Of a stretch of DNA of 64,000 nucleotides, positions 11,330-24,971 are shown piece by piece. The stretch covers positions 992,001 through 1,056,000 of the forward strand of contig NEEC01000010.1 of the NCBI GenBank assembly GCA_002189035.1, read 5' to 3'. Position numbers and translations under genes: made by a program. Origin of the DNA: Utricularia gibba (lineage: Eukaryota; Plantae; Magnoliophyta). Below the pieces are notes generated by a model. The model was not told where the DNA came from. It ran no database searches and saw only the letters and a program-made list of their open reading frames with translations. Position 1 is the stretch's first letter, and every line of letters starts with the position of its first letter.

Positions 11330-13103
11330 AAAAATAGCAACAATTGATTTTGTAATATATTCAGTATACTGATATATAATTCCTTCATTCTGTGCGCAAT
11401 TGATCAAAATAGTTGTAGAGCTTGTTTTGCCAAGAACAAGAATAGTCAATCTTCGCAAATTAGGAGCTTGTCCAAACATTCCCAGCATTCATCTACAAAA
11501 AAAAATATACAAAGATATTAAGCTTAAAGCATGTCAAAACCTAAAATTTAAAGAAGTGAAAAAAAAAACTTCATAGTTTTCAATATCCTGGAAAATCAAA
11601 TTCAAGCAATGAGCAATAGAAGGGAAGCAGTTTATTGTTTTGTACTCCTCTTCCACCATCTTTACTGCAGCTATATAGTTTGCACCATTGTATGTCACAA
11701 TTTGAATAACATTTGTTGCACCAACCCACTTACTAACTTATTTAAACAATTGAAATAGAGTTTCTGCATTTTTTACAATGTCAAAGGTATCAATAGAACG
11801 TCAAAATATTGTTCCATATGAATAATACACCAGAAAAATAGTCAGAGTTTGACTCATTTTATATGTGCAACTATTACTCATAATATTACATTCTGTCTCA
11901 TTTCAAATCTCTCTAATTTTTTCAATCCATAGCTGAAGTTGTCGTTCTCGTTCTGCATCTTTTATGAGAGGAAGTCAAACAACCTAATAATTAGGATGTT
12001 TATAACTTGGATCAATTGCAGCAATAACATCAAACTATTTCTTGAAAATCCGAGTATTTAACTTTCAATGAAGTTCCTGCAACATACAAAAAATTGGCAA
12101 CATCAAGATCAATCTTTTTTAACCTCTAAACCAGTAATAGAAAATCTTAAAGAAGTTTAAGATCCACTAGTTGTTCTTCAAGCAAAATATATTGTTATCC
12201 TTTGGAAATTGATGTTTTTGTTTTTTTTTTTTTTGTTTTTTTGTTTTTTTTGTTTTTGCTCTTTCAACATGTTCAACTGCAACTTCTTGAACCCCATTCA
12301 TATCAAAATTTTCTTCGTCAAAAACTTTTACTTATCTCCAACTTCCTGTAAATGTTGTTCTATCTAAAATATAATATCTAAAGGAATTTTTTTTAACATG
12401 ATGTATTCCCAGGCTTGCCAACAAAATGTTATTTCATTCCATGTATTCTACTTCCTACTAATTTTGTGTTTACAAAATGAACATACAAGTGCAGTTTTTG
12501 CATCATATATTTGTTTAATTGTGTACCTCCATGCAGGATCTATCCTCTTAGGACGAGATGAAGAACAATTTGATTCACTAGTCTGAGTATTCTCTATAAT
12601 AACTTGCAAGTATGATTTTTATGATAAATCTAAGCAGAAAAAGAAAAAAAATCTTACTCTACCTGCAATAAATCTTCCAATAAGCATCAAAGTTCAATCA
12701 ATTTGTAAAATCCTTTTTCAATTTTCAAGATTGAGCCATTGAGAATTTTTCCATCACTTCAAGGGTATGAGGAAGGCATAAAATTGGTCAAAAAGATCTC
12801 TCATTATTCCTTCTGTGAAGACTCTCATTCCAGCAAGAGGCACAAACTTTTCCAGTAAGAGACGCGGACTCTTCCAACAAATTCTATGACTAAAACATAA
12901 TGGGCTCATATGTTGATGGGCTTAATTTTTTAATCCAGTTTTATAATTGGTTTTGTTATTAAAATTCGATCCTAATTGATCCAACTCGGTTTTTAATCGA
13001 TTTTTGAACTCATAGTTTTATATTTTAGACCGATTTGGATGTGTTGCTGATTTGCGGTTCGATCAGTCCGACCCTCCGGTTCAACCGATTTTTTAAAGCC
13101 ATG
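11330..13103 (-). mobile_element. Decayed hAT (DUF659-type) transposon with transposase pseudogene
   Basis: Minus strand 11900-11570 reads CNIMSNS...SIDTFDIVKNAETLFQLF...VGATNVIQIVTYNGANYIAA...AHCLNLIFQDI with stops. Near 11500-11400 is a dimerisation-domain relic (MFGQAPNLRRLTILVL). TIR-like CATGGCTTTAAAAAATCGGTTGAACCGG ends at 13103, with GGTT/CCGA subterminal motifs. The other end was not found. Confidence 0.85.
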
Positions 13104-14760
13104 CGGTTGAGCTTATTTTAGCATTTGATCAAAATAAGGTTTCTCAATGATGGAAATCATAAATTGAAATTGAAGTAGAAATTTGTAAAAAATAAGGATG
13201 AAAATTTTGTGAAAAATAGCAGATTGTATGAATAATATTTAAGAATGAAGTAAAAAAATAATGTGAAACATATAAGATATTAAAAGTAGGCTTTGGGATC
13301 ACTTTTCCATGATTGGAAACGCCGGGAACCAACACGAAACTATGCGTTTCCCATTCCAGAGCCGGAAATCGGAGCAAGCCTCGTTTCATTTCAGGTGGAA
13401 GGCGTGTCATTAAACCCCCTAAATTGAATAATATTGGTTTCGTGATCATGAGTCGCACAGGTCAATCAACCAATCAAAGACCTGGAAAGCTTTCCTCCTC
13501 CATTACAACATTACAAATAAGTCAAACATGACATGCCCGTTACGAACCCCAACTTAATCAAACCCTACCAGGCAGTGGACGAAAACCTAACCCTGACCCA
13601 ATTCCAGGGTCCGATCGGGAATATGGAGGATTCCATGAGTCCGCACGAAAGCATGAACACACGAATGGTTTGAAGAATTTATCATTACCCCATTATCTGC
13701 TTAGTCAGAAGCAAAGAGTGGGTTTCTTTTCATTGGAGTCCGAGTCCTGTCCACTGGCATGGCATGGCATGCCCTTAACGTGCTTCAAACTTCATCATTT
13801 TCAAAATCTACCATCCACAATTCATGTACCAGGCCGAATGATCTCAAGCATCAGCTGGAACAACTCTTCAGAGCAAAAAGCTTGGTATGTACTGTATACC
13901 TAATCAGGTATGTTTTGTCTGCACAGTATCACCAATTCCCACGTTCATCATTCCATTGCTTTTCGATCACTGCTGGTGGTCAAAATCTTGACGCTCTGGA
14001 ATCACAGAACAACACGATGCTTCTAACACTGGCCATGGATGTCCCCATTCTATCAACCATACCATTTTGGACAGACGTCTGGAGTAGATTTCAGTCCCCA
14101 AAATGCTTAGTAAGAAGATTCCATGCGTGATTTCGCCAATAATATCATCTGCCCTGGAATTCGATGGGCTGCTGCACACGTACAGCCAACCAGACATCAA
14201 CACACGTTAGGAAAAATCCAATGCTCCATGTCCCCTTCTTACCAAGTCATTTGTTTCTTAGCTAAGCACTTACATCATACTTTTGTTGTCTATTAATCTA
14301 CCCTCTATGATACATTAAAATAATATTGAAAACAATTCTTCAATCAAGGAATATGTTCCGGAACATGCAGCCGCCCTGAAGACAAATCGTCGACGGGAGT
14401 TGACGAATACTATTGTGTGCCTTCGCCGCTGTCTCATCGGGTCGGGGCGGGTACACTAGTCTTGTTCCAGAGTTAGTATTTTTCAAATTCCTAAAATATC
14501 ATAAGTTGAATTTTCTTGTATATGATTCTCATTATACGTATGCATATTATCTGGATAAGGAAGACAGTAATTAACAAGTAACGCAACCCCACACGCCACT
14601 CATACTTCAATTAGTAGCCCGGGTTCAAACTCGGACAATATTAGCTTATCATATGGTAAGAGTATCCCGAGCAATTTCGTTGATAATTTGCATCATGTTA
14701 TATGTATCCTATATGATTTCTTGTTTGATTTCCACTATGATATATAGATTTTTTTCTAAC

Positions 14761-15020
14761 AGTGAAACGAAAATAGTGTTCTGGAAAATTTTTTGAATTT
14801 ATTTTTATTTTTTCAAAATTATTTTAGAAAAATAAAATAAGAAGTAAAAGTAACTTATTCATTATTTTTTAAAAAATAATTTTTGTAGTACAATTTCAAA
14901 AATATTTTTTGATAAAAGTACTTTTACAATTGAAATTGTTCTAAAATAAAAAAAAAAATTATTTTTAAAAAGTAAAAATATACTTCAAAAATTTTTCAGA
15001 ACACGACTGAAATTTTCACT
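14761..15020. mobile_element. AT-rich foldback MITE-like element
   Basis: Inverted repeat GTGTTCTGGAAAATTTTTTGAA (from 14776) / TTCAAAAATTTTTCAGAACAC (to 15004); TSD not clear. Confidence 0.55.
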
Positions 15021-16176
15021 TAATTTGTGTCAAGCCGATAACCTTGACGTACCTCATGTACCTATGCCTTGGGTTATAAATAAATACAAACCGTAAATTT
15101 CGTAATCGTGGGTTCATATTTCCATGGTTGTTGATGACATAGATTCGAGTGAAAACCCTAAATGACACCATTCAAGTAGTGGCCATATCGAGTAAGAAAT
15201 TGTGGAGTGCAAAACCCTAATTGACGCCAATAAAAAAAATTGATATTTATATAGGTTTGTCATATAATTTGAAGTTGTATTTAGGATTATAGATAATATA
15301 ATTAGTTTTAAAATTATGTAAATAGAATTATTTTGAAATTATAAAACTATTTTTTGAGATTATATATTGTAAAGTTTGATTAGTAAAATTATTATAAAAT
15401 TTAATATGATGATATATATGTATCTTTGAAGTATTAAAAAAATTAATAGTATAATTTTTTTAATTAATTTCTCATTTAATCATTTAATCCCAGAATTCTC
15501 GTTTATAATTTTATTACAAAACATGTAAAAATTAGTATCTGCACAAATTAAACTAAACCACTTCAAGAAACTAATAAAAAAGAACCAGCCCTATGTATTA
15601 CTAAAATCTTAAATTTTAGTTATTATTATCATTAATTTGACATTTACGATAATACAAATTTCAGCATAATTTGTTTGAAAGATTGGACAAAAAATCACTA
15701 GTTCACTGTGCCCGAGCGTAATGAAGCCCATGGTTTTGGCAATTCACGGCAAGGAAACCAAAGTAAGGTTCAAAGGTGCGACGCCCGACCAAATTGACCT
15801 TCGAAGTTGGACGCTTTTACGTGTCTGAATATTGTGTGGGGGTGTCTGCGCGTTACTCTTCTAGAACCAAGAATGTTACTTTATAGCATTTCATTTTCGG
15901 AAGCGTCGTATGAATAATTAAAGCAGAGACCTTCCATGTTCCATCCCAAAGCGAAAAATAGAGATCTAGAAACAAAGTGTGAATTTGATGAAGTTTGAGG
16001 ATGGAAAGGAAATAAAGACATTTACTTTTTCTCTTTCCTTCTGGATGGTATATAGTTCGTAAGAAAAGTAGGAAGAGAAGGTGGAAGGGCACTTGCGGGG
16101 ATTATTCACTGCTAATAAATAGGCGTGCAGTGCAGCAGCCTCCTTGTACTTACAAAACCCACCAGCTTCAGTAGAC

Positions 16177-17770
16177 ATGGCGGCCATGTACACCGCTACA
16201 CTTGTTTCTCTCATCGTGGCTTCTGTTGCTGTGCTTTGGAATGTGATCTTCAGGAAGAAATCTAAGGAGTCTCCTCCTCCGGGGAGCTCAGGTTGGCCGG
16301 TCATTGGGGAAACCTTCGAGTTCGCCACGGCTGCCAAAGGGGGGCATCCCGAGAACTTCATCTTCGATCGGATGGCTAAATACTCGTCTCTCGTGTTCAA
16401 GACCCATCTCTTCGGTGCTCCGGCAGCGGTGCTGTGTGGTGCCGACGGCAACAAGTTCATCTTCACCAATGAGAACAAGCTAGTCCAGAAGTGGCACTCG
16501 TCTTCGATCAAAAAGATCTTCCCCCACTACATGCAAACCTCGGCCAACGAGAGTGGCTCCAAGCTGAGAAAAATGCTCCCCATAGCAGTGAAAGCCGACG
16601 CCCTCCGCCGCCACGTAGGAATCATGGACCAAATCACGAGGACCCACTTCGTCGAGCAGTGGGACACCAAGAAGGAAATAGTTGTCCACCCTCTCCTCAA
16701 GGAGTACACCTTGTGGGTCGCCTGCCGGCTCTTCCTAAGCATGGAAGACGGGACCAACATGACCCGTTTCGGAAATTCGTTCGACGTGCTCATCGCCGGC
16801 CTGTATTCGATTCCAATTGATCTTCCAGGGACGACACTGAACAGGGCGCTGGAGTCCTCGAAGATGATCAAGGAGCAGCTCTATTCTATCATACATCGGC
16901 GCAAGATTGAGCTGGCGGAGGGGAAGGTGACGCCGGATCACGATGTGTTGTCCCATATGCTCTCTATGGTCGACCAAAATGGGAAGTCTGAAGATGAAAT
17001 GAACATTGCGGATATGATTCTTGGGCTGCTCATCGGTGGCCATGACACCGCCACCTCCGCCTGCACATCGGTCGTCAAGTACTTGGCGGAGTATCCCGAC
17101 GTCTACGAGGGTGTCTACCAGGGTAAGAAACTACGGGCCATAGCGCGCATATGAATTGCTTGCATATCCGTGTGTTCATCATGGCCAAACCTTTTGTTTC
17201 TGGATGCAGAGCAAACGGGAATCGCGAATTCTAAGGAAGAGGGAGAGCTTCTGAGCTGGGAAGATATGCAGAAAATGAAGTATTCATGGAAGGTGGCATG
17301 CGAAGTCATGCGATTAGCTCCCCGGCGTCCGGCGGATTTCGAGAAGCGAAGACCGATTTCAACTTCAAGGGCTACAACATCCCCAAGGGCTGGAAGGTAA
17401 TCATCTTCACGAAAACACTCCGATTCATATTCCAACTCATCTCCGGTTGACGTGGCAATGCTCTCCCACAGTTGTACTGGAGCATCGTCTCAACCCACAA
17501 GAATCCCGATTTCTTCCCGGAGCCGGAGAAGTTCGATCCGTCGCGATTCGACGGCAAGGGGCCTGCACCGTACACGTTCATCCCGTTCGGAGCGGGGCCG
17601 CGGATGTGCCCGGGGAGCGAGTACGCCAGAATGCTGATCCTGGTGTTCATGCATAATCTGGTGACCAGATTCCGATGGGAGAAAATGATCCCGACGAGAA
17701 GACGGTGCTGAACCCACTGCCCGTTCCAGTGAACGGTTTACCCATCAGGCTCCATCCTCACTCCGCATGA
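16177..17770 (+). CDS. CYP716: Cytochrome P450 CYP716 family, divergent copy 2; two apparent -1 frameshifts
   Basis: Exons 16177-17122, 17210-17396, 17472-17770, with the same intron positions as copy 1. Motifs: [31 protein letters not shown]. Frame breaks at C-runs 17320-17323 and 17690-17692; adding one C at each restores [28 protein letters not shown] and [27 protein letters not shown]. Confidence 0.9.
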
Positions 17771-19492
17771 ACAACTCCTTCATATCAAATCTCTTCTCTT
17801 CTGTCTACATATTTGGAGAGGGCTTCGAGTCCATTATCCTCCTGCCCTTCCGTACACACACTACACTTTTCTATATAATATAATATTATTACAATCAATG
17901 TCCTGAAATCATTTCACTGGCGTCCAATTTGGGATAAAAAGGCATTTATAAGAAATAAAAATATTAAAATATTTATTTATTTTACTATATTAATTATTAT
18001 TAATTGTTTCATATAAATGTTCTGTTTTGGAACAAAAAGTAATTAAAAAAGTGTAATGCCATTTTTAAAATTCCATCATGTGTTCATGAAAATGCTTGAA
18101 TTGAATCGCTTTTCTTTTAATAGAATTCCAATTTCACTCTCATTTTAATATAAAATATAAAACCTAAAAAATAACGTGATGTTTTTATACTTTCTCAATT
18201 TTTATTGTTGTTTTAAAATAAGAGAAAATAAGAGCAAATCTGAAAATTCATCACAAAAAACAAAAACAGATGTGAAGCAATTAGAGGAAAAAATAAATAA
18301 AGAGTGCACATTTTTTTGTTATTTCAACTTAAAGTATATCACATAACAAATCTACAGGAATAAATCGATTCTACAAAAATTGAATTGGTTTGTACTCTAA
18401 TTCTTAGAAACATGAGATAATTATAAATTAATTATAATTTATAAATAAATCGATGCTCTATAAATTAATTTTTCTGTGAAAATTAATTTTTAAAAAATGA
18501 TTCTGAGATTAAATTTATTCTTTTGTAAATAATTATAATTAATATTATTAATTATTACAAATATTTTAATTTTTTAAACTATACTTTTCGTACACATCTA
18601 TTTAATTTAAAAGAGCATAAAACATAATTTATAAATTTCATATAATATTTTTATAATATTATCATTTATAATATACTATCTTAATTTTTAAATTTATAAA
18701 ATATAATTATTAGTAAATATTTAATTTACCTCTAAAAATTATTCATTATTTTTTAGACTTCGGACATAAAAATAAATTTTATAATAATCATTTTCAAAAA
18801 AAAAAATTCAAACCAATTTAATAAAAACAAATCAGTTTTTTCGAAATAAAAAAAACATATATCATAAAAACATGAAATGATTTTTGATTTCTAATTTATT
18901 ATTTATATCATTTAAACCACGACTAGAGTACAGATATTGAAATATGCTGTAACCTTTCAATACCATTTCAAACAAAAAAGTCAAACAGAGACTAACGTTT
19001 GTTGCTCCTTTTGGATGCAGAAATATTGAAGCAAACAAGTGCAACTAAACCAGAAACACTTCTTAATTGCAGTCTTTGGTCGTCACAATCTCCAAGATTA
19101 CAAGTCAAGAGGCATATGATTCACATGCTGAGTGTCCAGGTATTTCAAAGGAAATCATGAAGCCGCGCACAGTCCACTACCAATTTCAAAGCACAGATAG
19201 AACCAAGAAAAAGCAAGTGCAACTTGCGAGAGTCAGACTGATGCCCTCCTACACCTAAAGCAGCCTACCTTAATGAGGGGGGGAAAAACTGAAAGTGCTC
19301 TAGGGATGAGAGGAGGCATATCAAACTGTTGCAGAGACACCCAAGAATCGAGCAAAACAAGCAAATGCTAAATACGAAGAGAGAGTGAAAATGAACACAG
19401 AGAAAGTATGAGATGAATGAAAAGATCACCTCAATGGTATATTAGCCAGAAAGTCCAAGTGCCACTCCTGTGGATGAAAAACACTGCAGCTC

Positions 19493-22400
19493 TCACTCTG
19501 ACTTGGAGAAGTTTCTAGCAGCCCCGATATTGAGCGCATCAGCAAGCTTTTCTGATAGATGATCCATAGATTCAGCAGCAACAGTAGATTCGGCATTCTC
19601 TATAGCAGCAGCGGCAGCTCGTTGTTTTGCCTTCCTCTCCACTAAGGATTTCTCACGCTCATCATAGAAACTGAAATCATCAAGGAGTGAAGTGCCAGCT
19701 TCATGGTTCTTAAAAATCTTCAACATTTCAATCCCCTGATCCAGCTTCACCTGAAATCCAAAGTGGGCCATCGGGACAAGTAATCAAAATATAGGATACT
19801 CTAAAGAAACAAGCACAGTTTTATGTGACATTTACATGGAAACCTACTGCATATAAAATGTTAAGAGATGGGATGCCCTTTTACATATAAAAGGAGTATA
19901 TCCGTAAATACATGGAGCAATAACCAAGGGATCGTTTAAAAAATAAAAAAAGCGAAGAGGAAAAAAAAATATGCATGTTTTTAAATAAATCAAGTAGAGA
20001 ACGCATTAAAAATCATTCAGCAGCAAAAGCTCTAGGCTCTCAATGAAGAATTGAAATCAATCTGCATGAATCTGGGACGATAAAACATAACAAACGATGT
20101 CAAGTTCAGAAAACCTATACGACCATTACTTCGCATTCCTTAAACAAATCATATATAAAAAAATTATGAAAACCTCTTGGGAATCTCGACTGTGCGTAAC
20201 AGGCTTGTTGTCATTATTTTCAAGAAGTATGTGCCGAAAGCAACTGTTTGGAACATCCTTGATGATATGCCATTTGACAGGAAACTGACCGCTCCACCTA
20301 TCCTGCTGCCAGTAATCAGCATCTTTCTCAAAATTAACAGGCCCGATCATCTCTGCCACGCCACAAAACTGTCCGCTGGCATTAACCTACAGGTTGGAAG
20401 AATGTTAGGCCATGAAATATTCTCAACAGCCAACGAAACAAAAAAAATTCAAGCTTCATAAAAAATGATAAAAAGGGAAAAGAATAATGCACAATGCAAA
20501 TATGAGGCTGGGTTGGGCAAAACGATTCAGAAAAGCTGGAGATGGGTAACTAGCTGACAGATTGTGGTTGCTCTGGAAACAAAAATACGACAAAAGTTTT
20601 CAGAGATCCAGAGGATGATGGGGCAGGAAGAAAAATATTTTTTTTCCCTGCAAATCAAACGTGTGCTGTATGGATACAAAAAAGAGGAAAGAGAGGGATA
20701 ACGTCCATTCATGAATGGTGCAACAATCTACGTTAAGAAAATACTATAAGGGAAAAGAAGCCTCGGGAAGTGTTATAAATATTTCGTAGATACAAAAACA
20801 ATTGTTTTTCCTCTCCAAAAAAAGTATATAAGAATGTATCCTCAAGAATCTTATCCAGCTACACTCAGAAGTTGCCTAAGAAAATGCTAGAGCATTAGAG
20901 ATTGAAAACATACTGAAAAAAAGAGGAATACTGGGCAAATTCCTTCCATTTCTCTCGATTCAGAATAAGCAGTATCCAGCTTTCTGTTTCCAAGAGGTGT
21001 ACTGGCCCAAACACTGTATTTTATGCTCTTATGGATATTGTCCTCACTGAAGGACTTGATTACGAAAAACCTTGCACGCTCATAATCAGTTATAAAATCA
21101 GGGGAATTAAGATGCTGGACATTAAAACCAGAAGTCGACTCAGAATCCTTCACTCTTGCAAGAGAGCCATCCACAGAAGAACCCTTGCTTTTGGGCTTTG
21201 AGGCTCTTGGTCCTCGATTCCAATCATTTGAGGAGCCAAGTGTATCTGCAGAATTATTTACATAGTCTCTATCCCTTTCATGTTTTCCACCTTTTGGAGC
21301 AACGTTCCACCTTCGGATAGGGTTAGATGCTACAGCACTCTGGTAAGAGCCAGAGCCCGGAAAATGTCTAGATGATGAATTTGATGGTAGACCAAAACCC
21401 TGAAATGGTGCCTGAAACAGTAAATAGCAGTTATCAGGGGGCGGTCCCAATGCACTAAAAATATTTGCTTTGAACAAAAGATCACAGTTGAAATTAGTAG
21501 AAACATGAGACATAAAGCGTGCCTGCGCAACAAAATAAAAATAAAGTATATTCTTTGGGCACCTGATTTTGAAGTTTAGGAAGCTTAAACTATAAATAGA
21601 AGCATAGAGTGAATCTACAGGCTTTTGATCGAAGAATACGCATTTTAACCAGATGCAAAATAAAGGAACACTGATATAAAGCTCATTTCATTGACAGAAT
21701 TGGTTCCAGACAGTCGAACTGCCACATAGATAGCGCACTGGAACAACCAGAGAAAAAAGAAGCTGTTCTTTTCCTAGTAATCTACTCAAATTTATGCTAG
21801 TGATTATTTTCCGAGTGCAAGTAAGTAATCAAAACAAAAGAGCAATTTTAAGAGTAAAAACATTACTCTGTGTTCTTATCTTCTCGAGTGCCTACATAAA
21901 CATATATATGTACGATTCATGGGAAACTACTGAAAGAAACTAACCTGTGCAACTGTTTGCTCATAAGACCCTAATAATCCATAAGGTTGGGGGAATGCAG
22001 TTCCAGAAGTTAATGGAGACATGATCCGGCTAGATTCAAAGGAACTTGAACAACTCGGTAGGGAATCAGTGGATCCAAATTCACCTGGAAATTTGTAGAC
22101 ACCAAAACTGCTGCTACCAGAGTGATCCCCACCAAAATTTCCAAAGGGAACAAAGTATCCTGATCCGTGTCCAAAAAATGCACTTTCATTAAAATTTTCT
22201 TGGTTATTACTCCCTGATGGCACCCTGTCAGTCTGTGAAGCTGGAAGGGGTGAAGAAACGTGCTGGGGGCCAGGTGAGAGTGCGGGTGGATAATAGGAAG
22301 TAGGAACAGAAATCTGATGCGGAGAAAACATCTGGCCATCAATCAAAATGGGAGACATAGGGCTAGCAAGTGGAGAAAACTGTCCAAATGCCATCTGTGA

Positions 22401-23650
22401 ATCGAATCCAAAACCCGGATAGTACAGGGAAGGGTTTTCATTGAAAATTGCCTGACAAGATCAACCACCACTTAGCATGATCTTGAACCTTAATAACACG
22501 TGCAGTAAAATGATCAATTCTAACCGGTGGAATGACATGCAAATTATTGGCACCGGCATAGTTTGAATGTTCATCCCAGTGGCCACTTCCATTCTCATAA
22601 CCTGAAAGAACCTAGCTATGATCAAACATCATAATTAAGAAATGCAAGTGTACCGATTAAAGCTACAAGGTCATGCAAGCAGCTTACTTTATCTTCCATA
22701 TTTGAAGGCATTTTAAGAGCCAATCAATCAAAGTAATAAAGAATACCTAATAATCTGAGTTCTCGATTGACATTTTGAGGCATTAAGAGGACGATAAAAA
22801 GGATAGGTAAGTTTAATCCCAAGTTAGTTCCTCCAAAACATTTCAGTTCTATACCGTAAATAAAAAATACTAGAGTATAAGAGAAATTGAACGCATACTT
22901 CAGTAACAGTTGAGTACCTCCAAAATAGTAACCCTGGTCTTGGGGTGCGTATGAATTGAGAGGATTCATTGCTGTCCGAGATCCAGTTGTTTCAGAAACT
23001 ACGGGGTGATCTTTGAGATTTCTGGAAGCCACTGATAATCCCAAATTAGGAGAAGGATTTGAAGAGACGATTCTCTCATCCTTTTGCAAAAAGAACAACA
23101 GTTAAGCCTATAAACGCATGAATGAAACTTGTAAAAGCACTTCTTTGAGAGAAAAAACCTTTTCAGATAGATTATGCAGCTCAGGAGCTCGGTCACCTGC
23201 ATAAACAAGGTAAAATGCTGAATTATGTGAGAAAATGGTAAGTTTACTCGCATTTTACGAAAATTATCCATATTCCAGAATGAAAAAACAAGCTGAAGAC
23301 TATCGGTATCTTTGATCAAACCCACCATTAAACCCTAATCATGGACCCAAGCACCGGTCAACAGATCCTAACCACAGAACAAGTCAATAATTCCTAACCA
23401 CAGGGATAAAATAACAGGATCTCTTAGTTGCATTCTAATCAATCCCAGTATTCCCCGACAATGCCAACGGTCAAGAAAACAAAAACTTTCATCGAGCCCA
23501 AATCACAATTATTATGAAAAAACATAAATCAATCGCATGCCATTGTTCTTCAACAACAACCACAAAAAAAAAAAAAAAACACAGAGAGGACTCACCAGTA
23601 GATGAGATGGGGGCGAATCGATCTATGCTCTGTTGATTTGCCTCCTCCAT
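19493..23650 (-). CDS. ECT10: YTH-domain m6A reader, ECT5/ECT9/ECT10 clade (closest to ECT10 by recalled motif)
   Basis: About 8 exons from ATG 23650 ([18 protein letters not shown]). YTH core: [36 protein letters not shown]...[25 protein letters not shown]...[22 protein letters not shown]...[26 protein letters not shown]. Stop at 19495-19493. Confidence 0.93.
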
Positions 23651-24971
23651 AAAGTTCAATCCAATCGATCCAGGATACAGAAACACGACAGATCTGATCG
23701 AAAGAAAAGAATCCCCTACGGGAACCAGATCTAGCGCGATTCGGTAACAAACCCAAGATCCAGCTGGAGAAAACAAATCGCGCTAACCTAGAACCGATCA
23801 ATCGTCAACAATTCCTTCCCCCATCATCAACCTCAACTCTGACGAGCCTTATTAGGGGGTTCCCGGTGATCAACACATCTGCTTCGCGGGAGGGTTTGAA
23901 AACCAAGAAACTCCCAAGTGGTTTAGGAGCAATCAGCTATTACACGATCGTTATTTGCATTTTCCTTTTCTCCTCCAGTACGTAAATTCCATTGGCCTTT
24001 CTTTCCCCGCAAGAATACAAAAGGAGCGAAATGTATTTTAGCAAGCCAGACAGATTTCCCTGTGGGCTGGGCTGGGCTTGCCAAAATTGAAGTTCGGCAA
24101 GATTAAGTGGGCCGCCGAAATCTGTTATGCCATCTGTATATCTAATAATTTGTTTCGTGCTATTTCAACTTTAGTAAAAATATTTCTAAAAGTAATTCTC
24201 AAAAAAAAAAACACGAGTTTCTTTTAATTCACATGAAATTGAAATAATGAAGTGCTTTAATTTTTTGAAAAGATAAAAAACCTCTGTTCTAATAAAAAAT
24301 AAAATATTTTAAAAATTATTTGTCGTAGTTATTTTTTGGAATTACACCAAATAGACCTTAAATATGTTTATATTTATGTTTGACAAGAAGGTTTTTTAGA
24401 AACATGTTTGACTGATGAGATTACATGTGTTTAAAAATCAGATTATAAATTATAATATACTTAATTAATAAATTCAAATATGCTCAACATTATATAAGTT
24501 TTTTTTTAATTTTATGTATATAAGTTTATTTAAAATTATACTCTTTGCCTATTTTATTTAAAATCAATTAATCATACCTTTAAACTCAATAATTAAATAT
24601 TATCTAACAATTAAACTCATTTTATTCTACTCCCACCAACCATGCAATCTTTTACAAAGATTATCAATATGGTATTTTAATGTACATGTCTAAAATTTAT
24701 ATAATAAACATACTTTCAATTTTAATAAATATATTTATCTAAATAAAAATAAAATTAAATACATTATTAATTAAACTATTTTACAAAATGTACTTTCCAC
24801 AAAAAAAATGCTGCACATTGTGATTATTGTGCTGAATGTTATCAATTCATACCACATATTTTTCATAATATCAAATCATCACCAGAATCTCATGTGTATT
24901 TCTACATTGTATATAAAACAATGAGAAGAATGAGGGGAGTGAGTGAGTTCCTTCACACCTGTTTCTATAAC

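Noticed and set aside
14420-14462. GC-rich stretch ending CTAGT as a Helitron 3' end
   Set aside because: No convincing hairpin before CTAG and no identifiable 5' TC end.
14610-14640. GGGTTCAAACTC as a tRNA or SINE B-box
   Set aside because: No A-box at the right spacing, no cloverleaf, no tail or TSD.
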